A stretch of 64,000 nucleotides of DNA from Mobula birostris (Eukaryota): positions 53,152,709 through 53,216,708 of the forward strand of contig NC_092402.1 of NCBI RefSeq assembly GCF_030028105.1. The letters run 5' to 3'. This document shows positions 13,431-25,678 of the stretch, piece after piece. The number at the start of each line of letters is the position of its first letter. Position 1 is the first letter of the stretch. A model generated the notes under the pieces. The model had not been told where the DNA came from and ran no database searches. It saw only the letters and a program-made list of their open reading frames with translations. The position numbers and the translations under genes were made by a program.

Positions 13431-14039
13431 TGGGTGGGGCGGCATGTTTAATTGTCAGTGCAGAACGGAGGAACTGGATTGCTTGTGTTCAACGACCCGG
13501 CAACTATTTTTTTACCTGTCTGGTGTCGACGTGAGACTATGCTGTGTGAAGTTCAGGTAGGTGTACGAGCTAAACATTCCATGAATAACGTTCAAGCTGT
13601 GCCATCCTGGTTATTAACCCCCTGCCAATGGAAACAAGGTTCCTTATATCGTTCCACACTTCTTACATCTTCATACTAGCACGCCTCAGCTATATAACCA
13701 TAAACCTAGTTCAGAGGTGTCTACATACATAATGAAGTGATAGGTAATTGTCGGTTTAACTTCATGCAACAAGATGATGTAAAGCTCTTGAGTTGAATCG
13801 CAGGGAGAACAGGAGGCAACAAAAAAGGAGATTCCACTGGGTAATTATTACAGCCACAGAGACACAGAGCAATGCTACAAAGACACTGGCCTTTCGGCTC
13901 AGCTAGTCCATCCTGACCACTGTGCCCATCCACTTGCTTCCCCTCCTTCCACCTCAGAAGAGGATCGAGCTGAAACATTAGCCCGTCTCCTTCCCCCACA
14001 AATGCTGCATGATCGGCTTGATGGCTTCAAATCCAATGA

Positions 14040-14380
14040 AGGGACGTTGAATCCTCTAACAAACTGCTACAGATGTACTGTTGGAGGTGCCCTGACTGTT
14101 TGTATCACGCTCTGATGAGGCAATTCAAACACACAGGAACACAAGAATCTGCAGAGAGTCGTGGACTCGGCCCAATACATCATGGGCCAATGCCTCCCCT
14201 CCATCGGTAGTGTCTACAGGAGGTGCTGCCTCAGGAAGGTAACGTCCATCATCAAAGATCCCCACCACCCGGGCTGCTTATCTGATGCTATTTGCCCGTG
14301 ATGCAGCTGTAAGCTTTTCATTGCACCTGTGCACACATGGACTTTTGCAGGTAACAATAAACTTCACTTTGACTTTTGAC
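14040..14380 (+). mobile_element. LINE 3' remnant (Rex/Babar- or L2-like)
   Basis: Decayed ...LQRVVDSAQYIMG..LPSI..RCLRK..IIKDPHHP-like coding, followed by AATAAA and a short-repeat tail. Confidence 0.6.
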
Positions 14381-14382
14381 TA

Positions 14383-17300
14383 AGCAACACACATCAAAGT
14401 TGCTGGTGAACGCAGCAGGCCAGGGACCATCTCTAGGAAGAGGTACAGTCGACATTTTGGGCCGAGACCCTTCGTCAGGACTAACTGAAGGAAGAGTTAG
14501 TAAGAGATTTGAAAGTGGGAGGGGGAGGGGGAGATCCAAAATGATAGGAGAAGACAGGAGGGGGAGGGATGGAGCCAAGAGCTGGACAGGTGATTGGCAA
14601 AAGGGACATGAGAGGATCATGGGACAGGAGGCCCAGGGAGAAAGAAAAGGGGGAGAGGGGGAAAGACCCAGAGGATGGGCAAGGGGTATAGTGAAAGGGA
14701 CAGAGGGAGAAAAAGGAGAGAGAGAGAGAGAGAGAGAAAGAATGTGTGTATATAAATAACGGATGGGGTACGAGGGGGAGATGGGGCATTAGCGGAAGTT
14801 AGAGAAGTCAATGTTCATGCCATCAGGTTGGAGGCTACCCAGACGGAATATAAGGTGTTGTTCCTCCAACCTGAGTGTGACTTCATCTTTACAGTAGAGG
14901 AGGCCGTGGATAGACATATCAGAATGGGAATGGGATGTGGAATTAAAATGTGTGACCACTGGGAGATCCTGCTTTCTCTGGCGGACAGAGCGTAGGTGTT
15001 CAGCAAAATGATCTCCCAGTCTGCGTCGGGTCTCGCCAATATATATAGAAGGCCACATCGGGAGCACCGGACACAGTATATCACCCCAGCCGACTCACAG
15101 GTGAAGTGTTGCCTCACCTGGAAGGGCTGTCTGGGGCCCTGAATGGTGGTGAGGGAGGAAGTGTAACGGCATGTGTAGCACTTGTACTGGGAGGGAGATC
15201 GGTGGGGAGGGATGGGGTGGGGGGGGCGAATGGACATGGGAGTCGCGTAGGGACCGATCCCTGCGGAAAGCAGAGAGGGGGGAAGGGAAAGATGTGCTTA
15301 GTGGTGGAATCCTGTTGGAGGTGGCGGAAGTTACAGAGAATAATATGTTGGACCCGGAGGTTGGTGGGGTGGTAGGTGAGGACAAGGGGAACCCTATTCC
15401 TAGTGGGGTGGCGGGAGGATGGAGTGAGAGCAGGTGTGTGTGAAATGGGGGAGATGCGTTTGAGAGTAGAGTTGATGGTGGAGGAAGGGAAGCCTCTTTC
15501 TTAAAAAAGAGGACATCTTCCTCGACTTGGAATGAAAAGCCTCATCCTGAGAGCAGATGCGGCGGAGACGAAGGAATTACGAGAAGGGGATGGCGTTTTT
15601 GTAAGAGATAGGGTGAGAAGAGGAATAGTCCAGATAGCTGTGAGAGTCAGTAGGCTTATAGTAGACATCAGTGGATAAGCTGTCTCCAGAGATGGAGACA
15701 GAAAGATCTAGAAAGGGGAGGGGGTGTCGGAAATGGACCAGATAAACTTGAGGGTAGGGTGAAAGTTGGAGGCAAAGTTAATGAAGTCATCGAGCTCAGC
15801 ATGTGTGCAGGAAGCAGCGCCAATGCAGTCGTCGATGTAGTGAAGGAAAAGTGGGGGACAGATACCAGAATAGGTTTGGAACATAGATTGTTCCACAAAC
15901 CCAACAAAAAGGCAGGCATAGCTAGGACCCACACGGGTGCCCATAGCTACACCTTTAGTTTGGAGGAAGCGGGAGGAGCCAAAGGAGAAATTATTAAGAG
16001 TAAGGACTAATTCCGCTAGACGGAGCTGAGTGGTGGTAGGGGGGAACTGGTTAGGTCCGGAATCCAAAAAGAAGCGGAGAGCTTTGAGACCTTCCTGATG
16101 GGGAATGTAAGTATATAGGGACTGGACATCCATGGTGAAAATAAAGCGGTGGGGGCCAGGGAACTTAAAATCATCGAAAAGTTTAAGAGCGTGAGAAGTG
16201 TCACGAACATAGGTCGGAAGGGATTGAACAAGGGGGGATAAAACCGTGTCGAGGTATGCAGAAACGAGTTCGGTGGGGCAGGAGCAAGCTGAGACAATAG
16301 GTCTGCCGGGACAGGCAGGTTTGTGGATCTTGGGTAGGAGGTAGAAACGGGAAGTGCGAGGTGTGGGCACTATAAAGTTGGTAGCAGTGGATGGGAGATC
16401 CCCTGAGCGGATAAAGTCGGTGATGGTGTGGGAGACAATGGCCTGGTGCTCCTTGGTGGGGTCACGGTCGAGGGGTAAATAAGAAGAGGTATCCCCGAGT
16501 TGTCACTGTGCCTCGGCAAGGTAGAGGTCAGTACGCCAGACTACAACAGCACCCCCCTTATCGGCGGGTTTAATAATAAGGTTAGGATTAGTGCGGAGGG
16601 AGTGGAGAGCAGAGCGTTCGGAAGGAGTGAGGTTGGAATGGGGACAAGGTGCGGTGAAGTCGAGACGGTTGATGTCCCGTCGGCAATTAGCGATAAAGAG
16701 ATCCAGAGCAGGCAGAAGACCAGAGCGGGGTGTCCATGAAGAAGAGGAGGGTTGAAGACGGGAGAAGGGGTCATCGGTGGGGGTGGAAGAGTCCTTGCCG
16801 AAGAAGTAGGCTCGGAGACGGAGACGGCGGCAGAAGAGTTCCGCATCATGGCCAGCACAGAACTCGCTGAGGTGTGGGCGAAGGGGGACAAAGGTGAGGC
16901 CCTTACTGAGAACAGAGCGCTCTGCCTCAGAGAGTTGAAGGTCGGAGGGGATGGTAAAGACCCGGCACAGATGAGAGCTGGGATCAGAGGAGGGAGGTGG
17001 AGGCTGGGGGTGTCAATGGAGAGGGGAGGGTTGGGGTGAGAGGAAGATGGAGCCTCTGAGGACCCAGGAGCTGACGGTGGGATCTGAAGGAGACGGGATT
17101 GCAGAGTATTGGTGGGGGAAGGGGAGACGGGAGTCACAACAGCAGCACATAAAGACCCGGCCTGGAGTTCAAGGCTGGAGTCGCAGTTGGTGGTTGCGCA
17201 ATCGCTGTGAAGGTGTCCATGGTCGTTGCTGGAGTCCGGGTTTTGAATATGCCCTGAGGTGTTGGAGCCGGCGAGATCAATGGCAGAAGCCGCAATCTGA

Positions 17301-17470
17301 AGTTCATGCCTGCTCGCGTCGGGGCCAGCAGGCTCTGGCATCTGCAGATGTAGGATCTCGCGATCTTTGCCTAACATGACAAAGTCAAAAAAACGGCGAT
17401 TGCAGGCATGGATCCGACGGAGGATGAAATAACGAGCAGGTCCATTACAGACGGCGAAGAAACTCAGAGT
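14383..17470 (-). mobile_element. Near full-length Penelope-like retroelement (RT + GIY-YIG endonuclease), frameshifted
   Basis: ORF 15708-16370 has FYLLPKIHK..GRPIVS..FTMDVQSLYT..GVAMGTRVGPSYACLF..YIDD (PLE RT). 14789-15240 has CESAGVIYCVRCSRCG / YIGETRRRLGDHFAEHLRSV (GIY-YIG). 3' terminal repeat at about 14383-14520. Confidence 0.93.
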
Positions 17471-18264
17471 CTCAGCAGTTTGTACTATTTACAGGAGGCA
17501 ATGCAAACTCACCACCTCTCAACTAGAAGGACAAGAGCAGCAAAAGCACGGTGAGCACCATCCTCTGGAAATTGCCCTGCCAGCCACACACCACTCCGAT
17601 TTAGAAATATATTGATAGTGGTGTTGTTTTATTACTGCCACCTGGACACTGTTCCTTCACTGTTCTGTTCACACATCGCTGCTCGTTCACCGTCACTATA
17701 GGCCAAAACCCTGCAACTTCCTCCCCGACAGAACTGTGACGTCCACCCACAGCTCGACGGTTCAAGAAGGCAGCTTCTCAGGGCAATTGCATCCTGGTCC
17801 AGCATGCGAAACACAAATCCCTTGCGTGAATATCGAAAAAAAGATCAAATCTTCTCGTAATAAAGACCAGCATACCATTTGCCCTTTTAAGCACTTGTTT
17901 TCCCTGTATGGGGTCCTTCAGTGACTGGTATACAAGGACAGATGCTCCTGAACATCAACACCACCCCTATCTTTCACCGTTGAACAAGGTAGCTCTATCT
18001 TTATTGTGTCATCGATCACGAACAAAACACAATTCGTTGACTTACAGGTAAAATTTTATTTATAGTTATATTTCTTATATTTTAACTTATGAAGGACAAG
18101 TTTTTATTTACAGAGAGAGAGTGGTGGGTGCTTGGATGCGCTCCCAAGGGTGGTGATAGAAACGGATACCTGTGCTCTTCATTACTTACTTAAACATTGT
18201 TTGTCCAATGTCATTATTTTTCAGTGAATCTCCCAGTTAACCGCAAGCATCTCACTTTTCAGAA

Positions 18265-18473
18265 ATACACATCAAAGTTGCTGGTGAGTGCAGCAGGCCC
18301 GGCAGCATCTCTAGGAAGAGGTAGAGTCGACGTTTCAAGCTAGTCCTGACGAAGGGTCTCGGCCTGAAACGTCGACTGTACCTCTTCCTAGAGATGCTGC
18401 CTGGCCTGCTGCGTTCACCAGCAACTTTGATTTGAGTTGCTTGAATTTCCAGCATCTGCAGAATTCCTCGAGT
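18265..18473. mobile_element. Short Penelope-derived insertion made of inverted terminal repeats
   Basis: 18267-18336 is the near reverse complement of about 18366-18434 and matches the 3' end of the Penelope at 14383. 13-bp TSD TCACTTTTCAGAA at 18252-18264 and 18474-18486. Confidence 0.88.
18342..18377 (+). ncRNA. Minimal type I hammerhead ribozyme motif (Penelope-associated)
   Basis: agtc-CTGACGA-a-gggt ctcg gcct-GAAAC-GTC-gact: helix I AGTC/GACT, CUGANGA and GAAA cores, minimal palindromic helix III, GUC cleavage triplet. Confidence 0.7.
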
Positions 18474-18589
18474 TCACTTTTCAGAAGTTCCTTTAGTTAG
18501 ATTTAAAGCTGTCATTTTGTTTTGAATCACAGCACATCGCGTTTCAATGCAGAGTCAAGTTCTACTTTAATGTCTGATCCCCTCTCTCG

Positions 18590-19150
18590 TCTACTCCTCT
18601 GCTGACTTCCCCCCTGCCCATTCCCACTTCTGCTGGTTCCCTCTCTCCTAGTTCTGTCTCTGGTGCATTCCCTCTCTGCTGGTTTCCTTTCCCTGCTGGT
18701 TTTCTCTCTACTGGTTTCATTCTCTACTGGTGTCTCCTTTCTACTGATCCCTTTCTTTACGTCTGTTTGCCGGGTTCCCTCCTCTTTGGGTTCCCGCTCT
18801 ATAGGTGGAACCTTTCCACTGGCTTATGCTCTCTACTGGTTCCTCCTCAGCTGGTTTATCCTCTCGGTTCCCTTTCTCCTAGAGTCAATTCTTTGCCAGT
18901 TTATCAGTTTATACGCTGCTGGTTCTCTCTCTCTGCTGTTTCTTCTCTGATGGATACCCCATTCTGCCAAATTCCCTCTCCGCTGGATTCCATCTCTGCT
19001 GATTTACCTCTCTGATTCCACCTTTGCCGTTTTCCCGTCTGTCCAATCCCCTCCCTGCTGGTTAACTTTCTGCTAATTGCTCTCTGTTGGTTTCCCTGCT
19101 CTGCCGATTCCCTCACTGCTGGTTTCCTTACTCGACTACCTGTTGATCCA
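18590..19150. repeat. Pyrimidine-rich degenerate minisatellite (ctctctgctggttccc-like)
   Basis: Repeated ~15-16-bp diverged units. Confidence 0.7.
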
Positions 19151-20355
19151 TCCATGTATCTCTGTCTGCCTGCATGAAAGGGACTGACGGTCGCATGGGG
19201 AGATTGGTGAGAGGTTTACACAGAGTGACCCCAATGTAACCGAGTGGATAGAAAAATGTGGGCTCGGGGAAGAAACGTCAAATGAGGAAGTTCAACTTGG
19301 GAGAACTTAGATACACAAGTGAGTCCATTAGTACTGTACGTGCGTGAAAAGTAAGTGACATGTTAAATGGCGCAGCATATTACACAGTGTCATAGATTGT
19401 TGGATGCGTGGGACAACAGTTGTGGGAGATATGGGCGTAAATGGATCAGAAGGCAAGGGAGATGTATCACGTACAACAGGAAAGAATGTAGCAAGACAGA
19501 CAGAAAAGTAGAGAGAAAGATGGAGGGACTGACACGCTGAAAGTCTGGCTGGCAGAAAGACAGGTATACAGAGAGACAGGGAGACAGACAGAGAGGCGAA
19601 GATCTGAGAGATAGACAGACAGGCAGAGAGAAAGAAAGACAGAGACCGACGGGTGGGTTGGCTGATAGATAAACAGAGAGAGAGAGAGACATATAGACAG
19701 ACTGAGAGATAGGTAAAAATTCATAAGAAGAGATTGAGATGGACAAAGAGAGATGACAGAAGAGAAAGATAGACAGGCAGACAAAGCGCGACATAGATGG
19801 AGATAGAGAAACATAAAGCTTGAGAGATATAATAGATAAAGATAGAGAAAAGCAGATAGATAGATAGACACAAAAAGAAATGCTGCGATGGGAAGTAGAA
19901 CGGATCGTGCGGGTGAATGATTACCGCCACAGAAATGTGTGTGTGTGTTGGTGCGTGTGTGCGTGTGCGCATGTGTCTGTATGTCTGTGTGAATTAGCAC
20001 GATAGATATAGAGATGCATACTATATAGCGGGGTTGTGCCGGCAGTTATAATTAAGACGGATAGAGCAGATACAGGTATATAACTCATGGGGAGATGTAC
20101 AGATATAGGTATATACATGTGGCAGATAAAGAGACGTGTAAATATATACTCCAGGCAAACGTCTTAAATTAACCACGAGCGAATCCCCGGGACTGCTTCA
20201 GTGTCTCAGTGGAGCATGTTTAAACAGACATCAGAGCCCCTAACGTCGCAGAGCCTTGGCTGCAATATATATGAGTGCATGAGAGATGAAATACATATCA
20301 CACAACAGTAAATAGAGACCCAGTGAGAGGAGTTGGACGCGGCGGGGGGAATCTG

Positions 20356-20394
<39 letters not shown>

Positions 20395-23019
20395 TAGAAA
20401 CACGTACGTAGATACTTAAGCACAAACAGAAAACACACACAAAGAGAATCAGACACCCACTCAAAGAAACGTATGCGCATACACATGGAAACATACCGAA
20501 GCACGCGTTCACACATACAAAATGTCTCTCGTACGCACACGGAAGCACATAGCGTCTCTCACACACATAGAGTAACACATTGTCCTTCCCTTATATAGGA
20601 AATCACGTACAGACGAAAACAGAATCTCATGCTCACACACACCACACTAAACACACAAGAGTATTATATGCACACGGAATTACACAAAGAACCACACACA
20701 TACGCGCGCATATTATTGTGCTTGGCGATTTTACCCATCCATATCTGAATGCAGACTGTATCAGTCTCAATAAATCCACCCGCTCTGCTTTACCAGTTAA
20801 CTCTCCTCTAAATCGAGTTCAACACAAATAATTAAAAATTAAGTACAAGCCAACCAAGAAAAGCAAGCATTTCCGCTCCGGGGATTTAACGAGTTTCCAA
20901 GTCTGCAAAAGGGATAGCTGTCTCCCTGTAGTTAAATGTAACATCGGTTTTCTTAATTTCTCCCCAGTTTAATTGCCTTGAATTCGTTCATTAATTTTAA
21001 CTCAAATTTGCAATTATTTTTCTCAATGTTGGAATGCTCAAACTCGCCGCCTGATTTCACAGAGAGCGCGGGAATGAGTGAGAGAGAAAACAAGCGCGCA
21101 GACAGCTTAGACTGTGCTAAAAATAGGAGGCGGGTTTCTCAATGCCGTCTGCAATCAACGATCTAAAATACAAATGCCGTGGTATCAATAATTCCCTAAC
21201 AGTGACGGGGAGTGAAAATACCTTTGGTCTGGCCTTTTCTTATATATTTTAATACCTCTCTTATTATCAGATCTGCTTTGTTAAATAAGATCCCAAAATA
21301 GATTTTTTTTAGAAATAAAATCCTCACTTAATGTAAAAAAAATCGTCCCATTGCATTGTGAGACCACGGCCTGACAAGCTGATTACTTATAAATTAACGT
21401 GCAATTTTTCTCATGTTTTGAGGTTAAGAACTCGAGCAGTCTTGTCTAAGATAATTAAGCTTAAGTGGGAGTAATTGTACCGTCTCTCTTTCTCTCTGTC
21501 CCCGTGTCGAAGTCCGGCAACGTTCCCTCCATCCACCGCCGAACGAAATGTGTTTTTCGCTCTCCCGCACACGCAAAATCTACGTGAAATCTTGACCTTG
21601 ATGCCAAAACCATCCCCAAACCGCGGTTCGATCGGTAGAAGCGTCGATTTTTTTTCTTTAGCCGTAGAATAAAGAAATAATTAAGCTATTTAATGCGTAA
21701 TTCTAAATATATCAGTCACTGTGCGCATTAAGTTTTATACGTGTGGAGATCTGCAGCAATAAAGAAACAATTTACTATTTTACGCTTAATTCTATCCATA
21801 TCTGTTGCTATGCGCGTTACGTTTTATATGTATAGGAATTCAAAGCCGTGTTTAATCCGAATACACTCTTACACTAAAATCGAATGTTCCGAAACTTGAA
21901 TTAATTTAAAATTATATAAACAACAGAAAGATAAATAATCACGTTTACACTAAAATCTATAATTTGTAATTAATTTATCTTTCGAATTAAATCGGGTTTT
22001 GCGATTATATTTTCAAAAAGATGTCAGATTGAACAAATACCGTTCAAATTTCACGTCAAAGATAATCTACCCGAGTCTACTTGGAAAATAAATAAATTCC
22101 GGGGGATTTTCAAGATTTCCTGGAGAACTTCAGGGCCGCGGTACAATTCACTGCCTTTGTTTCATGTGGCCGCGCGGTTTCTCTTAATGAAAAAAAAATG
22201 ACTGTAAACTTCAAACCGTTTGGGAGTTCGCAATTTTAAATTTAAAACTATAAAGAAAAAAATCGTCACTGCCACGATTAAAAGGATTGTGTACATCCAC
22301 GTAACGCAAAATGCCATTAACTTTTCAGTTTATTTGCTCAAACACATTAACAAAAATAGCGCGTATTTTGACAGTGAGTTCGAGGCAGTTTTATGCAAAG
22401 CAAATATAACGTTCGACTTGTTCTCCTAGCCGAGAGCTTCGAGAGGAACCAGGAAATCCGGAGTTTAAAAACAAAATGCGGAGTGCTAATAAATAAAAAG
22501 CAGAATTATTTGAATATTTTTCGGGCTGAGGAAGGAAATGCAAGATTTTTAAGTCGCGAAAGTTAAACAAAAATAAATTACTTAAGTCTCCTTGTTCATT
22601 GATATGCAATGAAATGGATGAGATNNNNNNNNNNNNNNNNNNNNNNNNNNNNNNNNNNNNNNNNNNNNNNNNNNNNNNNNNNNNNNNNNNNNNNNNNNNN
22701 NNNNNNNNNNNNNNNNNNNNNNNNNNNNNNNNNNNNNNNNNNNNNNNNNNNNNNNNNNNTCTATCTGTGTCTCAGTACTCTCTGGCAGAAATAGGGAATA
22801 TTTGGAGGTGGTTCGAGTGACGGGATAGCGGCATTGGTGGGGAGAGAATTGGACGGAAGTGGCTGTAGGTGGTGGCGGTTGGAATGGGAGGAGAGGGAGA
22901 ATCCGACCTGCCGCGGTGCCCTTCTCCCTCGACTAGGTGCCGCTGTTGCTCCATCTGGGACCCTCCGCCTCGCTGCCCAACTTGAACCAACAGATGTCAT
23001 CAAGGTTGGCAGACTCAAG

Positions 23020-23062
23020 GCCATTTTCAAATTTCATTGGCCTACCGGTCACGTGGGCGGCC
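23020..23062 (+). promoter_or_regulatory. HoxC10 proximal promoter: reverse CCAAT box plus E-box
   Basis: tttcATTGGcctaccgGTCACGTGg, about 300 bp upstream of the CDS. This ATTGG + CACGTG pairing is typical of vertebrate Hox promoters. Confidence 0.65.
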
Positions 23063-23355
23063 TTTGCTTCCACCTTCCCCATCATCTCCAACTTCCTCCT
23101 CCTCCACCCCTCCCCCTCCCCAACTCTCCCGAAGAAACCCAGGCCCATAATAATTCTGTTGATGAATATATATATATATATAAATAATTACTTTTGGTCA
23201 AAATATTCTCCCATTTACCACTTCCCTCAAACCAGTCCAACGCAACCCAACGCAAACCGTCCCATCTTGAAAGATGTCAGCCCTCAGTGTGTGACGGGAC
23301 TCGCAACATTTGAAAATGTCATGGTTCGGACGGGTTTGATCCCCAGGTTTTCACC

Positions 23356-23977
23356 ATGGATCCCCCGGCGAGGCCGGCCAGAGGTGAGAACTTCAGAGGC
23401 GTTACCGATCTCTGCCTTCAGTCAGCAGGCGAATACGGTGGCGATGTTCGGAGCTGCTCCCTGCTGTCCTCCCGGAGTGAGCTGGGTTTTGCTCGCCTCG
23501 GGCTCGCCGGCTTTCCCTGCCTGAAAGACTTGCATGTGTGGAACGAGGCTCTCGTTGCCCGCGACTTGGACACCTACCCTTTCCCGGTGAAGGAGGAAAG
23601 CAGCTGCTGCCTCTACGGGACGGAGACCGGGCGGAAGGTGGCACAATCGGAAGACACTGTTCCCGGTTACTCCTGTGCTGCCGAAGCCTATTCGCCAGAC
23701 TGTCCTGCTAGCCCAGGCATTAACACCAGGACCATTGACAAGTCAACACCGCCGGGTGGTGAAGGAGGAGGCAATGGCGATAGAGGAGACGAGGAGCTCG
23801 GAAAGGAGAAAATCCGCACAACCACCAGAGCTGAAGACGAGAATAGAGAGCGGCGGGATGGCGAGGGCGATTCCAAGGGCGGCGGGGCACCAGAGGCGGC
23901 GCAGAAAAGGGAGCGAGCCAGTGGAGCGGCGAAGGAATCAGAGTTAAGTTCCGACGCTTTGGAAAACGAAATTAAAG
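23356..23977 (+). CDS. HOXC10: HoxC10 exon 1 (from the in-frame ATG in a strong Kozak context)
   Basis: Contains YPFPVKEESSCCLY (cf. Hox10 VKEENVCCMY), VPGYS and SSDALENEIK (cf. HOXC10 SPDTSDNEAK). Donor G|GTAGAT, phase 1. The start is uncertain, see findings. Confidence 0.85.
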
Positions 23978-24070
23978 GTAGATCGAGCAGAGAAAATGCA
24001 AATAAAAGGAAAAAATCTGACTGCGAGCGAAAATATTAATAAAAATGTTCTAATTAATTCAACCTACTTC

Positions 24071-24109
<39 letters not shown>

Positions 24110-25201
24110 TTCTTTCACACACACACGCGCGCTCATTCACCGACTCTATTCCACTCGAACCGCCTCTGTATTATATATCTCGTTAACTTTAATAACACAA
24201 AACAGATGTTTTACCCTGAGCTCACTCGAAGACTTAAAATCAATCTCTTGCTCTCGAGTGTTGAATACACTGGTAACATTGAGAAGTAAGGTGACACAAG
24301 AAATCCTACATTCTCCTTTAATATATTTTAATTAATCATTTGCGCCAAATTCTGAGCCAACGACGAGCAATGTAGCACGCGCCTCTGTATTCCCGCATAG
24401 TTTAAGGATTTTATGCATGGGCTCGGTTGCAATTACTTACAATTTTTTTAAATAAATTGCATTCAGGTGATTAACCCCCACTGCCGCGTATTATATTATT
24501 TAAATTATATGTATACAGTGCGCACATTAATGAGTTGGTACACGGCTGGGTGTACTGAGATTTCTTTTTTTTTAGTTTGAAGCATAAGCTTAAGGAGCAC
24601 TTTAGCTAAGCGGAGAATGTTTGGGAAAGTCTCCGCTCGGGTTTCAATCACACAGGTCAAGTTGGGGTTTAAATTCCTTCAAACACGCCCCACAGGCGTC
24701 TGAAGAGGCGATGATACTGGGCAACACAGCGTGCAGTTCGTTTTCTCTTTTTCTGTTTCAGTCTAAGATCCATTTATCTCTCTAAATATGAAATCTGTTT
24801 GTTATTAACTTCAATACGAACAAACGCACGATGTTGCGCAGCACAGAGACTCGTTGTTTACAATAGTTCTTCCGACTGGCCCGGGAGAATCTATCTTGAA
24901 GATTCAACCGACCCGCCAAAGGCTGACGGGTGTACAAGACTAAAGTCATTCGATAATTATCTGTTTTAGCTTTGTACGCTCCCGACTGTAGAAAACAGCT
25001 TTACAGGTCCAATTCAGGGGGTTTTGTCATTCAATGTGCGCTGAGGTGCCGCCGATTGCGGTGCTGCTATCGCCATAGAGATCTGGGACTGAGTTCACTG
25101 CTTAAAAACGATTTTGATTTAAAATTATGTTTGGAAGTATTTGTAGCTTTAACCACAGATGATCTGCCCCAGTTATTTTTTCCAAATGTTACAACATATA
25201 A

Positions 25202-25232
<31 letters not shown>

Positions 25233-25630
25233 TACTCTCCCTCTCCCCTTTAACACGAACGTGCACTCGATGTTATACAGCTTACTGGGGGCATTACGTC
25301 TAAAGATTCTTTCTCCTTCTTTACTGTTTCGAAAGAACAGGATCAGAAATACTAGGCAACGAATTTTTCCACTTCAGTACCAGGTCCCACTCACAAGTAA
25401 AGTTAATTTTCCAGAGATTTCACTAACTGGTATACCTCGCTTTTGAGAAGAGTCACTTTTGCTCTGTTTTTTCTCTCTTTCTCGTTCTTTTCTCTTTTTT
25501 GTCTATCTAGTTATCTATTTAATCATCCATCTAATAATTTATGTATCTAATACATTATTCGTCTAAAATTTAATCTATTATTTGTGTACTAATAATAGCC
25601 GCGCTCTGTACCTCCTTAACAGTCTCTATT

Positions 25631-25678
<48 letters not shown>

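Noticed and set aside
16541-17377. 278-aa ORF considered as a separate gene
   Set aside because: It lies inside the Penelope element and mixes frames of its decayed 5' coding region.
22937-23524. 195-aa ORF overlapping the HoxC10 promoter and exon 1
   Set aside because: Non-ATG start, no recognisable homology and an alternative frame. Only its internal ATG at 23321 matters, as a uORF.
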